Positions 9,269-19,676 of a stretch of DNA of 41,359 nucleotides are shown one piece after another. How positions within the stretch are numbered: the first letter of the stretch is position 1; each line of letters begins with the position of its first letter. Under the pieces are notes generated by a model. That model did not search any database, had not been told where the DNA came from, and saw nothing but the letters and a program-made list of their open reading frames with translations. Source of the DNA: an uncultured Bacilli bacterium (GTDB taxonomy: Bacteria; Bacillota_I; Bacilli_A; RF39; UBA660); assembly GCA_947626095.1 (NCBI GenBank), contig CANQQV010000014.1, positions 1 to 41,359 of the forward strand. The letters are read 5' to 3'. The position numbers and the translations under genes were made by a program.

Positions 9269-9727
9269 TTATCTACTGCGTCCAACCTTTTTTTCTTCCA
9301 TTTCGGCTAAGTAAATAGCTTTTTGTTTTATTTTTATTTGTTTAACACGCATTTCATTTTCTATTAGTCTTAATTTTTTTAAGAATAATTGTTCTTTTTC
9401 ATAGTTTAAGAATTTTTGGTATCTATTAAGTAAGATTTCTCTTACTAATTCAACTTCGTCTAAGACAATTACAGCATCATCATCCGTCGCATCATCATCA
9501 TTAATAACAGTTAAGGCCATGGCAACTACTTGTTTAAATAGTTTATCAAATTTCATAGATAAAATTTTATCAATCATTGTTGGATCGACAATTTTTACTT
9601 CTTTGACTTTAATATAACTATCACTCTTGGTTTTAGGTTTAAAGACATAACCATCCATATCATGCATTGAAATAATACTTTCATCATGATGTTTTTTATT
9701 AATCAAGTAACTTGCCATCTTTTTCAC
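9269..9727 (-). CDS. Hypothetical protein between trmD and rplS
   Basis: 152-aa ORF, charged and helical, co-oriented 9 bp after trmD; no motif recognised. Confidence 0.75.
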   Translation of the reverse strand: MKKMASYLINKKHHDESIISMHDMDGYVFKPKTKSDSYIKVKEVKIVDPTMIDKILSMKFDKLFKQVVAMALTVINDDDATDDDAVIVLDEVELVREILLNRYQKFLNYEKEQLFLKKLRLIENEMRVKQIKIKQKAIYLAEMEEKKVGRSR

Positions 9728-9736
9728 CTTCTTTAA

Positions 9737-10402
9737 CTATATTAAATCTGGACGACGTTTTTTAGTTTTTTCTTTACGTTGTTCTTCACGCCAAGCATTT
9801 ATTTTAGCGTGATCACCACTAAGTAAGATATCAGGGACTTTCATGCCCATAAATTCTTGTGGTTTAGTATATGTTGGGTAATCAAGTAGTTGGTCATTAA
9901 ATGATTCGTTAACTAAACTAGTTTCAGTAATAACACCATCTAGTAAGCGAATAATGCTATCACTAATAACCATAGCTGGTAATTCACCACCAGTTAAAAC
10001 ATAATCACCAATACTTATCTCCATATCACAAAGGCTTCTTATTCGTTCATCAAAGCCTTCATAGTGACCACAGATAAGGACTAGATGTTTTTCGTTTTTT
10101 AAGTTAACAGCTATTTCTTGTTTGTATGGTATTCCATCTGGTGTCATTAAAATAACTTTAGCATTAGGATCTTCTTTTTTGATATCCATTAAGGCATCAT
10201 AGATTGGTTCAATACGGAGAACCATTCCACCGCCACCACCATATGGAGTATCATCAACTTGATTATTGGAAAGCTTAGAATACTTTCGAAAATCAATTAA
10301 CTTTATTATAACACTTTCTTTAGTAATTGCTCGCTTAATAATTGATTCATTTAAGAATCCTTCGAACATATTAGGAAATAAAGTTAAGATATCTATTCTC
10401 AT
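9737..10402 (-). CDS. trmD: tRNA (guanine37-N1)-methyltransferase
   Basis: MRIDILTLFP, VDDTPYGGGGGMV, LICGHYEGFDER, SIGDYVLTGGE, LLSGDHAKI. Confidence 0.98.
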   Translation of the reverse strand: MRIDILTLFPNMFEGFLNESIIKRAITKESVIIKLIDFRKYSKLSNNQVDDTPYGGGGGMVLRIEPIYDALMDIKKEDPNAKVILMTPDGIPYKQEIAVNLKNEKHLVLICGHYEGFDERIRSLCDMEISIGDYVLTGGELPAMVISDSIIRLLDGVITETSLVNESFNDQLLDYPTYTKPQEFMGMKVPDILLSGDHAKINAWREEQRKEKTKKRRPDLI

Positions 10403-10890
10403 AATATCAGTCCTTTAGCATTTTCTACTTCGATAATTTGCTCAGTTTTACGAACTTTTTTAATGAAATTTGGGTTGTTAGGAATATAAAAGTTCTTAGT
10501 ACTTGTAATTGATAAAAGTACGTTACTACCATTATACACAATATCTGCTACTTTACCAAGTTTTTCGCCATTTTCAATAATCGTATAACCTATTAATTCT
10601 TCTAAGATATATTCATCATCACTTAGTTTAAGATCATCTTTATTTATATAAACATTCATTTTTAAATATTTAAGAACTTGGTTAATATTATCATAGCCAA
10701 CGAATGTTACCATATCAAAATCTTTATGAATACGATAACTGTTTATAACTTCAGGAACATGGCCTTCACCAATATATAAAGTAAAGCCTTTTTTAAAGAT
10801 TTTATCTTTCATAAGAAAATTACTTTTGATACGAAGTTCACCTTTAATACCATGAGTATTAACTATTTTACCAATTAATATATATTCCAT
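10399..10890 (-). CDS. rimM: 16S rRNA processing protein RimM
   Basis: IGKIVNTHGIKGEL, C-terminal PRC-barrel-like segment, ATGA overlap with trmD. Confidence 0.95.
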   Translation of the reverse strand: MEYILIGKIVNTHGIKGELRIKSNFLMKDKIFKKGFTLYIGEGHVPEVINSYRIHKDFDMVTFVGYDNINQVLKYLKMNVYINKDDLKLSDDEYILEELIGYTIIENGEKLGKVADIVYNGSNVLLSITSTKNFYIPNNPNFIKKVRKTEQIIEVENAKGLIL

Positions 10891-10899
10891 ATCATACCT

Positions 10900-11628
10900 C
10901 TATTTATTTAAACTATATAAGATAATACTTGTAGCAACACCAACATTTAAACTTTCACATTCACTATTCATTGGGATATATAAGTATTCATCACATAAGT
11001 TTAAGATTTCATCTTTAACTCCTGCCCCTTCATTGCCCATTACTAAGGCATATTTAGAAGAAGGCTTTATTGTACTAATATCTTTACCACCATCAACTTT
11101 AGTACCATATATTGAATAGTTATTAGCTTTTAAATGGTTAATAACATTAACGATATCATCTCTTAGAATATTTATTTTAAAAAGCATACCTTCACTAGCA
11201 CGAATAACTTTATCATTATATAAATCAACAGTATTGTTAGAAAGAATTATCGTATCAATATTAAAGGCAACACTACTACGAATTATGGTACCTAAATTAC
11301 CTGGATCTTGAATATCATCTAAGATTAAAACTTTATCGCCAATTTCTTTGGTCTTTAGTTTATAACAAATACCCATTATTTTTTGGGGATTTAAAGTATT
11401 ACTTAGTTTTTTGATTACATCATAAGTTACATAAGTAGTTGGAACGTTAAGATTAAGGTTATAATCTTCACACATGATAACTTCTTTTAAAACGTTAGAA
11501 GCATAAGCTTCTTTAACTAAATGTTCACCTTCAACGATAAATAAATTATCAAGATCGCGATATTTCTTTTGTAATAATTTACTATAGTTTTTTATTTTTT
11601 TATTATCTAAGGAACTGATTATTTCCAT
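10900..11628 (-). CDS. TrmH/SpoU family RNA 2'-O-methyltransferase
   Basis: FIVEGEHLV, QDPGNLGTIIRS, MGNEGAGV, IPM...ESLNVGVA. Confidence 0.92.
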   Translation of the reverse strand: MEIISSLDNKKIKNYSKLLQKKYRDLDNLFIVEGEHLVKEAYASNVLKEVIMCEDYNLNLNVPTTYVTYDVIKKLSNTLNPQKIMGICYKLKTKEIGDKVLILDDIQDPGNLGTIIRSSVAFNIDTIILSNNTVDLYNDKVIRASEGMLFKINILRDDIVNVINHLKANNYSIYGTKVDGGKDISTIKPSSKYALVMGNEGAGVKDEILNLCDEYLYIPMNSECESLNVGVATSIILYSLNK

Positions 11629-11629
11629 A

Positions 11630-12265
11630 TTATTCAACTCTCAATCTTTTTCTTGCTAGTTTGTAGTAAGGATAGCGTTTTTCAACTTCGCGCCAAAAAC
11701 GTTGGCTATGATTGGCTTCATAGAAATGACATAATTCATGGATGATAACATAATCAATTAAAGTGATATCTTTTTTGATTAATTCACTATTTAAGGTTAT
11801 GATTCTTTTAGTAACGTTATTAACGCCCCATCTAGTTTTCATTTTTCTAATTCTGAGACTAAATGGTGGAATGTCAGTAAAATTATTTAAAATGAGATTA
11901 ATACGTTCTTTAAAGATTCTTTCACATTCATTTTTTAGCCATTTATTTAATTCTTTTTCATTTTTAACATAGATCATATTATCTTCGATTGTAAGATGCT
12001 TAATATTTTCATCATAAACAATGACATATGATTCACCAAGATAGTTAAAACCTTTATTATTATCAGCGTGTTGTAAAAATTTTTCATACATTTTAAGAAG
12101 TGATTTTTCATTTTGTTTAATTAATCTTAAGACTTCCTTTTTACTTACTAAGTGGTGACAAGTAACATACAAAGTATTATCGTCTTTAAAGCGAAAATAA
12201 ATATTTTTATTATTCTTTTTTTCAATTTCTAAATTGACAAGATAATTTCCAAGCTCTACTTCCAT
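11630..12265 (-). CDS. YgjP/DUF45 (M48-like) zinc metallohydrolase
   Basis: RKMKTRWG, DYVIIHELCH (HExxH), NHSQRFW. Confidence 0.88.
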   Translation of the reverse strand: MEVELGNYLVNLEIEKKNNKNIYFRFKDDNTLYVTCHHLVSKKEVLRLIKQNEKSLLKMYEKFLQHADNNKGFNYLGESYVIVYDENIKHLTIEDNMIYVKNEKELNKWLKNECERIFKERINLILNNFTDIPPFSLRIRKMKTRWGVNNVTKRIITLNSELIKKDITLIDYVIIHELCHFYEANHSQRFWREVEKRYPYYKLARKRLRVE

Positions 12266-12292
12266 ATGAATCACCAATAATATTGTATCATA

Positions 12293-13339
12293 TTAATTAA
12301 CTAATTCTAATCTAATTAAATAGTTATCATAGTCAATTTGGTGTTCTCGGCTTAGAATGGCAAATACTTCATTAATTATACTAATCATTTCATTTGGATC
12401 AGTTGTTAAACGTCCTTTAGTATATAATGTTTCTAGCTCATCATTTATTTGATGATATATTTGATAGTAGTATGTATATAAATTTTCTAATAAGATAGCG
12501 TACATCATTTTACTATAAGGATGATTTATGAGAAGTAGATCAATCGTTTTTAAGAGCTTATTGTGAAAAGTTAGAAGATCAGAATTTATTTGGTCAAGAG
12601 AATAATAAACGTTTTTAGTGTAATATCTAGATGGTGTAATTTCATCAAGATGGAGATGTAAAATATTTATTAATTCTCTAATAATAGATGATTGTTCAGT
12701 AACTGGAGCTGTAATAGCTTTTAAATATAAACCAATAAAATCAAGATTAGGTAGTTTAATTAAGTATTTAGTTTGATAATACGATGGATTACTAAAGATT
12801 TCATATACTTTAGAAGTACCAAGATATGAACAACCATATAAGTAATTAAAAGCTAAACGAATTTTTTCTAATAAATTGTAATAGTAATATTCACTAGTAG
12901 ATAAATCATTTTTAAAATTATAATATAATTCTTTAATATCTTCTAAAATATTAGATGGTATTTTTCTTTTAGGATTAGATGGAGGATTTAGATTCTCCAG
13001 GTAATTTTTTAGAATGGCTACAGTATCTTCTTCATCTTTAATTACTAAGCCAGTATTAAGAATTGATTCAAGAAAAGTATTATTACTTTCTTTTTTAATT
13101 TTAGCAATATCATAAACATCATTAATAGAATAGATATGGCAATCGACTCTAATATCACCAAGTAAAAAACCTTTTTTATAATTATTGCTTTGTTTACTAA
13201 TAACAACGACATCAATATCACTATTGGGACGAGCATTACCATTTACTCTACTACCATGAAATATAATAGCTAAAACATTCTTATCTTCTTGATAATGGGT
13301 TATAGTTAAGAATTTAGCTATTAACTCTTGTAAGGACAT
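12293..13339 (-). CDS. Pol-beta-type nucleotidyltransferase with extended helical C-terminus
   Basis: FHGSRVNG...SDIDVVV (GS + DxD) and a third Asp in RVDCHI. Confidence 0.8.
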   Translation of the reverse strand: MSLQELIAKFLTITHYQEDKNVLAIIFHGSRVNGNARPNSDIDVVVISKQSNNYKKGFLLGDIRVDCHIYSINDVYDIAKIKKESNNTFLESILNTGLVIKDEEDTVAILKNYLENLNPPSNPKRKIPSNILEDIKELYYNFKNDLSTSEYYYYNLLEKIRLAFNYLYGCSYLGTSKVYEIFSNPSYYQTKYLIKLPNLDFIGLYLKAITAPVTEQSSIIRELINILHLHLDEITPSRYYTKNVYYSLDQINSDLLTFHNKLLKTIDLLLINHPYSKMMYAILLENLYTYYYQIYHQINDELETLYTKGRLTTDPNEMISIINEVFAILSREHQIDYDNYLIRLELVN

Positions 13340-13891
13340 TTATTTTTTCTCCAAAGTTAAACTGTATGAATCTTCATAAGAATTCTTTAAAACAACAACT
13401 TCTTTATTATCAAGTTCATCGTAACGAATAGGATTAGCGATTTCTTCAACTGTCTCTAAAGTAAAACCTTCAGGGATTTGATATGTTACCCCACTTTCAC
13501 TAGGGACTCTGATTGGTTCATACATCTCATAAATATCTTCATGACCGTCATTCCAAACAACTTTGTTGTAATTAACAGCGTTCATATGAGGAAATGTTTC
13601 AACGTGAGCTTTATCATAAATAAAGGAATCATTAATTCTAACGTAGTCAATATCCATATCTTCTAATGCTCTTCTTAGAGTTTCACCATCAAAATCACTA
13701 ATTTGATAAGTGCCAGTTATTTTAGATAAATCAACATAGTTTTCCTCAGTTAAAAAATCTTCTAAATAACCTTTAACTCTTGTAACTTCATGATTACGAT
13801 GCATATGATAACCACCAATTCCTGTACCAATAATAGCAGCAATTAAAGCACCAGCTATTATTTTTTTATTAATTTTAAAATTCTTAACCAT
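13340..13891 (-). CDS. Hypothetical N-terminally anchored/exported protein
   Basis: 183 aa; KKIIAGALIAAIIGTGIGG hydrophobic segment, acidic body. Confidence 0.7.
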   Translation of the reverse strand: MVKNFKINKKIIAGALIAAIIGTGIGGYHMHRNHEVTRVKGYLEDFLTEENYVDLSKITGTYQISDFDGETLRRALEDMDIDYVRINDSFIYDKAHVETFPHMNAVNYNKVVWNDGHEDIYEMYEPIRVPSESGVTYQIPEGFTLETVEEIANPIRYDELDNKEVVVLKNSYEDSYSLTLEKK

Positions 13892-14004
13892 AAAACCACC
13901 ACTAAAGTGAACTTATTATACAAAAAAAATAGCATTCCTGCAATTTTAACGCTTATAAAAAAATAATATATGTTAAAATTATTAATAAAGAAGGTTTTTG
14001 ACTA

Positions 14005-15177
14005 ATGAAAAAATTTATTACTTTTTACCTGTTTACTTCTTTAATTATTATTCTATTAATACCTTTAGTAATGATTAATGATTATATTCAAAAAATAAAT
14101 ACTAATAAGATACCTGAGATTAAAGAAGAAATAAAAGAACCTGAAGTTATTGTGCCTAAAGAATTATTTAGTGATTATTATAAAGAAGCAGAAGAAATCA
14201 TGAGTAATTTAACGATTGAAGAAAAACTGGCGCAAATGTTTATTGTACCCTATTCTTCTTTTAAAGAAGAAGATAATTATATGACAGTTGGTGGTTTTAT
14301 CTTGTCTAGTAGTGATATAAAAAATATAAGTAAAGAGCAATTAATAGCAAAACTATCTGAACGACAAGATAAAGCAAAAATAAAATATATTATGACAGTT
14401 GATGAAGAAGGTGGAACAGTAACACGTTTGAGCTATAATTCTAATTTAATTAATGAGAAGATATTATCACCACGTACTTATTATAATGAAGGTGGAATTG
14501 ATAAAATATTAGAAGTTGAAGAAATGAAAGATAAGATATTATTAGAACTAGGCTTTAATTTAAATTTAGCTCCAGTTGCTGATATAGCAACAAATCCTAA
14601 TGATTTTATGTATGATAGATCAATAGGTTTAAATCCAGCAGACACTGGTAATTATGTTGTTGCCGTAACAAAGAAAGCTCAAGAATTAAACTTTTCTACT
14701 TGTTTAAAACATTTTCCTGGTTATGGAGCAAATGGTGATTCACATCGCAAGCAAACGGTAGATGAACGTAAATTAGAAGAATTAGAAAATAATGATTTAA
14801 TACCTTTTAAAATGGGAATTGAAGTAGGTACACCAGGAATTTTAGTATCACATAATTTAATAGTTAATATTGATAGTGAATATCCAGCTTCTCTATCTAA
14901 GAAAGTAATTGATATCCTAAAAAACGAATTAAACTATTCAGGATTAGTTATAAGTGATGATTTAACAATGGATGCTGTAAGTGATTATAATACTAATAAT
15001 GAGTTATCACCTTTAGCTATTAATGCTGGTAATGATTTATTAATAACTGCTAAATATAAAACACATTATAATAGTGCATTAGAAGCTGTAAGAAATGGCA
15101 AGATAGATGAAAAAAGAATTGATGAAGCAGTTAGAAAAATAATCGCATGGAAATTAGCTTATAATATAATAAAATAA
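14005..15177 (+). CDS. Membrane-anchored glycoside hydrolase family 3 (NagZ-like beta-N-acetylhexosaminidase)
   Basis: VDEEGGTVTRL, NLAPVAD, KHFPGYG...DSH, ISDDLTM. Confidence 0.9.
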   Translation: MKKFITFYLFTSLIIILLIPLVMINDYIQKINTNKIPEIKEEIKEPEVIVPKELFSDYYKEAEEIMSNLTIEEKLAQMFIVPYSSFKEEDNYMTVGGFILSSSDIKNISKEQLIAKLSERQDKAKIKYIMTVDEEGGTVTRLSYNSNLINEKILSPRTYYNEGGIDKILEVEEMKDKILLELGFNLNLAPVADIATNPNDFMYDRSIGLNPADTGNYVVAVTKKAQELNFSTCLKHFPGYGANGDSHRKQTVDERKLEELENNDLIPFKMGIEVGTPGILVSHNLIVNIDSEYPASLSKKVIDILKNELNYSGLVISDDLTMDAVSDYNTNNELSPLAINAGNDLLITAKYKTHYNSALEAVRNGKIDEKRIDEAVRKIIAWKLAYNIIK

Positions 15178-15184
15178 GAATTCA

Positions 15185-16495
15185 TTATGAATTCTTATTT
15201 TTTTCTTTATCTTGGGAAACTAATAAGCCAGTAATCATGAAAAATAAAGGGGCGTTTAAAGTTATTCGAACGTTAAAGAAGGCTTGAACTAAATAACCAC
15301 AGAAGGCAAAAAAGAAAGAATTTCTTAAATGGTTTTCTTTGCGATCTTTGATAATACTCTTACTCGATTGAATAAAGACAGAAATAATTAAGACTAAATA
15401 AACAACGATTAAGAAAATACCACCGGTAGCAAAAATATTTAAATATTCATTATGGGCCTTATTAATAATATTATCTTCTAGAGGTGAATCGTAAATAAAG
15501 GTTCCTGATTCAAAACCTAGGTAAGTAAAATTATCAATACCAATACCAAACCAAAAATATTTAGGAATATATTTAATCGTTTGTTTCCAGATATATATTC
15601 GGCCAGTTCCAAAGGAATCTTCTACTTTGCCACTCATAACCCCTACTATTTCATTTTTTAATTGTTTAGTATCTTTATCCAAAGAACTATTAGTAATTTT
15701 AGTTAAAGCAAATGACTCAATAAAAATAGTAAGAATAATTAATAATAGTTTGAAAGCAAATACTTTAAATGAATGTTTTTTCTTTTTAATTAAATAATAT
15801 ATTATTGATAAAAATAACATCATAATAAGAGCTACCAAAGCACTCATTGTTCCACAACTTAATAAACCGATGATCAAGAAAGATAAAAGTAAATAATATT
15901 TGATAGAAAATTTATCTTTTTGACTAAAGAAATAAGTTGGTAACCATAAACCGATGATTAAGGTTGTATATGTACCAAAAAAATTAGAATTGTAGAAGAA
16001 ACCTGAAGAATATTTACCAGGATTGACGATAGGAAATTTAAAGATAAAATATAAACCAGATACCTGTAGTAAACCATAAAGGACTTGGATTAGACACTCA
16101 CAAGTTAATAATGATATTATTAAATGCTTGTTTTTAGCTTCTTGTAAGGTAGATGAAAGTAAAAATATAATATAGTAAACATAGATAACTAGTAAACCTT
16201 CTCGACCACTATAATATCCATATAAAGCAGCTTCTTGGTTGAAAGCGTGAAGATAGGATAAATAGCAAAAGAAGTAAATTAAAATAACTAATAAATCCCA
16301 AAATCTTATAGTTTTATTTTTAATTACATAATATAAATATAGAATTAAGCCTACTCCACCTAAAATGGTTATGGAAAAAGAAATATAATCACCATTAGTT
16401 AATTCATAAACATAAATAATACTATTTATAAATAAGGTCATTATAAAAGCTACTAGATAAATTGTTGTAATGTTTTCATAGGTTATTTTTTTCAT
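15185..16495 (-). CDS. O-antigen ligase/Wzy-like polytopic membrane protein
   Basis: Many TM helices; GFFYNSNFFG, GTGRIYIW, GIG, KAHNEYL. Confidence 0.8.
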   Translation of the reverse strand: MKKITYENITTIYLVAFIMTLFINSIIYVYELTNGDYISFSITILGGVGLILYLYYVIKNKTIRFWDLLVILIYFFCYLSYLHAFNQEAALYGYYSGREGLLVIYVYYIIFLLSSTLQEAKNKHLIISLLTCECLIQVLYGLLQVSGLYFIFKFPIVNPGKYSSGFFYNSNFFGTYTTLIIGLWLPTYFFSQKDKFSIKYYLLLSFLIIGLLSCGTMSALVALIMMLFLSIIYYLIKKKKHSFKVFAFKLLLIILTIFIESFALTKITNSSLDKDTKQLKNEIVGVMSGKVEDSFGTGRIYIWKQTIKYIPKYFWFGIGIDNFTYLGFESGTFIYDSPLEDNIINKAHNEYLNIFATGGIFLIVVYLVLIISVFIQSSKSIIKDRKENHLRNSFFFAFCGYLVQAFFNVRITLNAPLFFMITGLLVSQDKEKNKNS

Positions 16496-16512
16496 GATTA
16501 TCCCCCATTTAG

Positions 16513-16539
16513 AAAAAAGCTCTTTTATAGAGCTTTTTT
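16513..16539 (-). terminator. Intrinsic terminator overlapping the stop codon
   Basis: AAAAAAGCTCT-tttat-AGAGCTTTTTT; near-identical copy at ~17956-17980. Confidence 0.7.
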
Positions 16540-17829
16540 ACATTTTATATAAATATATAAGCTTATACCAAATAGAGCAACGAATCCGGCAATTATAATA
16601 TCACTAGTTTCAGGGTTAGTTATTATAGGTATTTCTGGGATGATTGGAGGATTCTCTGGTTCTGGTTCTTTATATGTATATTCTTCATATGATAATACAG
16701 CTTCACTAGCATCATAGTTTTCATAAGCGTATTTACCAAATGGTGATGCAACTACTTTTTTTAGTAAGATACCAGCAACAGCAATTTTATTATTTGACTC
16801 GTCAACTTTTAAATCTTCATATGATGATAAACCAGTTACTTGATCAATCATTTCGCCATCTTTACTGTATAAATTGATACGAGAATAATAGAAATTAGTA
16901 TTCAAATTACCTACTGTATCCTCTAAAACTACAATTTTGTCTTTGAAGAATTTAACATTAGTAAATGGTCCAACATCAGTTTTTATTTCTGTTTGATTAT
17001 TGTTTTTATCAGTATATACAATTGTATTATCGTCTTTTATTTCAACGATCTCACCATCACGATAATCGACCTTATTTTCATCTAATTGATCTTTTACTTG
17101 AACAATATATTTTGGAAAATAAGTATTAAGATTATTATAATTACAATCTATTTTATTAGCAGTTTTAAAGTCTTTATCAACACTATAAAGTTCACAAACT
17201 TCAGAAGAGGCTTCTTCTTCAGGAGTTAGGTCGTTTAATTCAACTTCATCTGTTGTTAATAAAACAATTAAATTATCATTAGCAATTGTTATATAATATT
17301 CATCATAATCGAAATCTGATAAAGCAATACTTCCTACTTTAGCCAAACTATCACTATCATATTTATATAAGCTAAAATTCTTACTATCAGCACGAACTTG
17401 ATTTATACCATGATCAGTTCCATTCATGTAATAGAAATTATCATTTAAAGATCGAATATCTACATGAGATAATGTATCATGTTCATCATCTGAACTTCCC
17501 AAATCATTTTCACTAGTTTGACTCTTAACTATTGTATCATTATTGTAAACATAGTAATCTTGATGACTTAAAACATCTAAACGTTCTTTATTATCATAAA
17601 TTTTATGAGAATATAATGTATCATAATTAACATTAACTAAAATGTTATTTTTAATGTATTCAACATCAGAGTTATATACTGTCCAGCCATACGCTCCCAA
17701 ATCTTTAATATTTACGCTATTTACTTGAGTTAAAAATTCATTTTTTGGTTTAGAAAAACTAACGATTAAACCAACTGGTAGCATAAGCAAAAATATAAAA
17801 GCAGCAAATTTAAAAACTTTCTTTTTCAT
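16525..17829 (-). CDS. Surface protein with C-terminal NPET sorting-like signal (paralog A)
   Basis: N-terminal signal/TM, beta-rich body, Pro-rich linker, TNPETSD + TM + KCKK tail. Confidence 0.75.
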   Translation of the reverse strand: MKKKVFKFAAFIFLLMLPVGLIVSFSKPKNEFLTQVNSVNIKDLGAYGWTVYNSDVEYIKNNILVNVNYDTLYSHKIYDNKERLDVLSHQDYYVYNNDTIVKSQTSENDLGSSDDEHDTLSHVDIRSLNDNFYYMNGTDHGINQVRADSKNFSLYKYDSDSLAKVGSIALSDFDYDEYYITIANDNLIVLLTTDEVELNDLTPEEEASSEVCELYSVDKDFKTANKIDCNYNNLNTYFPKYIVQVKDQLDENKVDYRDGEIVEIKDDNTIVYTDKNNNQTEIKTDVGPFTNVKFFKDKIVVLEDTVGNLNTNFYYSRINLYSKDGEMIDQVTGLSSYEDLKVDESNNKIAVAGILLKKVVASPFGKYAYENYDASEAVLSYEEYTYKEPEPENPPIIPEIPIITNPETSDIIIAGFVALFGISLYIYIKCKKAL

Positions 17830-17966
17830 AACTTCACCTACATATCTTATTTTATAATTATATTATATATTTTTAACTTAATAATTGTCAACCGACTGAT
17901 AATATATTTACAATGGTTAGGCGGTTAAATACTAATTAGAATTTTATAACATAATAAAAAGCTCTT

Positions 17967-19622
17967 TTATAGAGCTTTTTTGCATTTAATATAAACATAT
18001 AAGCTTATAATAAATAGTGCAACGAATCCAGTAATTATAATATCACTGGTTTCTGGATTAGATATAATAGGTATTTCTGGGATGATTGGAGGATTTTCTG
18101 GTTCTGGCTCTGGTTCTTTATAAGTATATTCTTCATATGATAATACAGCTTCGCTAGCATCATAGTTTTCATAAGCGTATAGACCGAATGATGAAGAGAT
18201 TACTTTTTTTAATAAAATACCGGAAACAAGGAATTTATTATTTGCTTCATCAACTTTTAAGTCTTCATATGATGATAAACCAGTTACTTGATCAATCAAT
18301 TCTCCATCTTTACTATATAAATTGATACGTGAATAATAGAAATTAGTATGTAGATTACCAACAGTATCTTCTAAAGCTACTATTTTGTCTTTAAAAAACT
18401 TAACGTTAGTAAATGTGCCAATATCTGCTTTTATTTTTGTTTTATTATTATTTTTATCGGTATATACAATAATATTATCACTAGTTATTTCAACAAGTTC
18501 ACCATCACGATAATCTAATTCTCCTTCAGTTAATCTATCCCTTACTTGAATAACATATTCGGGAAAATAAGTGTTAAGTTGATCTAATTTACAATCAATT
18601 GGTGTTGCAGTTTTAAAGTCTTTGTCAATGCTATATAGATTACAAACAGTACTTGATGTACCATCTGCTTCAGCTTCTTCATATTCATCATCATATTCTT
18701 GGTGAAGATATTCTAAATATTTATTGTGTTCTTCTTCATATTCGCTAGGTGATAAGCTGTCAACTGCTTCATCTTCATCGACATCAAATTTTTCATAATA
18801 CAAATAATCTGAGTATGTTTCACAATATTCTTCACAATATTCTTCTATATTTTCGTATTGATTATCTGTATTAGCTGTTTTAAATTCTTCTCCATATTCA
18901 TCTTCTATGTATTCTATATAATCATCATGATATTTATCTTTGTTAGCTTCATAAAAAATTTTAAATAGTTCATCGTAATAATAAGAGCTAAAGTACTCGT
19001 TTTGATTATCTTCACACCATCTTTCAAAGTTAGAAAGAAGATCGGTATAATATACATCTTCATCGGTTAATAAGATAATAAGGTTATCACCAGATTTTTT
19101 TAGGTAAAACTCATCGTATTCATCATAATAATCATTAGATAATTCGATATGGGCGACTTCTGCTAAAGTATTATTGTCATATTTATAAAGAGTTGAATCA
19201 TCCATATAATAGAAATTATTGTTTAATGAACGAATATCAACTGTTGGATTTCTTCCATAACCATCATACATATCAAATTCGAAAGTTTTGTTATTAATTA
19301 GAGTACCATTATTGTAAATATAATAGTCTTGATGTCTTTTAATATCTGTTCTTTCAATTTCTTGATCATCAGGCCAAGTTGGAACCTTGTGAGTGTATAA
19401 AGTATCATATTTAGTGTTTACTAAAACGTTATCATTTAAATATTCAACGTCAGAATTATAAACAGTCCAACCATATGCTCCTAACTCTTTAATATTTACA
19501 TCAGATATTTGATTTAAATATTCATTCTTAGGTTTAGAAAAACTAACAATTATACCGACTGGTAACATAAGTAAGACTATAAAAGCAAGTAATTTAAAAA
19601 TATTTTTCTTCATTTTTAACAT
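17967..19622 (-). CDS. Surface protein with C-terminal NPET sorting-like signal (paralog B, with acidic Tyr-rich insertion)
   Basis: Colinear with paralog A (LGAYGWTVYNSDVEY, FTNVKFFKDKIV, NFYYSRINLYSKDG); SNPETSD + TM tail; start 19622 or 19613. Confidence 0.75.
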   Translation of the reverse strand: MLKMKKNIFKLLAFIVLLMLPVGIIVSFSKPKNEYLNQISDVNIKELGAYGWTVYNSDVEYLNDNVLVNTKYDTLYTHKVPTWPDDQEIERTDIKRHQDYYIYNNGTLINNKTFEFDMYDGYGRNPTVDIRSLNNNFYYMDDSTLYKYDNNTLAEVAHIELSNDYYDEYDEFYLKKSGDNLIILLTDEDVYYTDLLSNFERWCEDNQNEYFSSYYYDELFKIFYEANKDKYHDDYIEYIEDEYGEEFKTANTDNQYENIEEYCEEYCETYSDYLYYEKFDVDEDEAVDSLSPSEYEEEHNKYLEYLHQEYDDEYEEAEADGTSSTVCNLYSIDKDFKTATPIDCKLDQLNTYFPEYVIQVRDRLTEGELDYRDGELVEITSDNIIVYTDKNNNKTKIKADIGTFTNVKFFKDKIVALEDTVGNLHTNFYYSRINLYSKDGELIDQVTGLSSYEDLKVDEANNKFLVSGILLKKVISSSFGLYAYENYDASEAVLSYEEYTYKEPEPEPENPPIIPEIPIISNPETSDIIITGFVALFIISLYVYIKCKKAL

Positions 19623-19676
19623 CTACCTATCTTATTTTATTATAACACGAATTAGAGAATAAATATTAATTAATTA

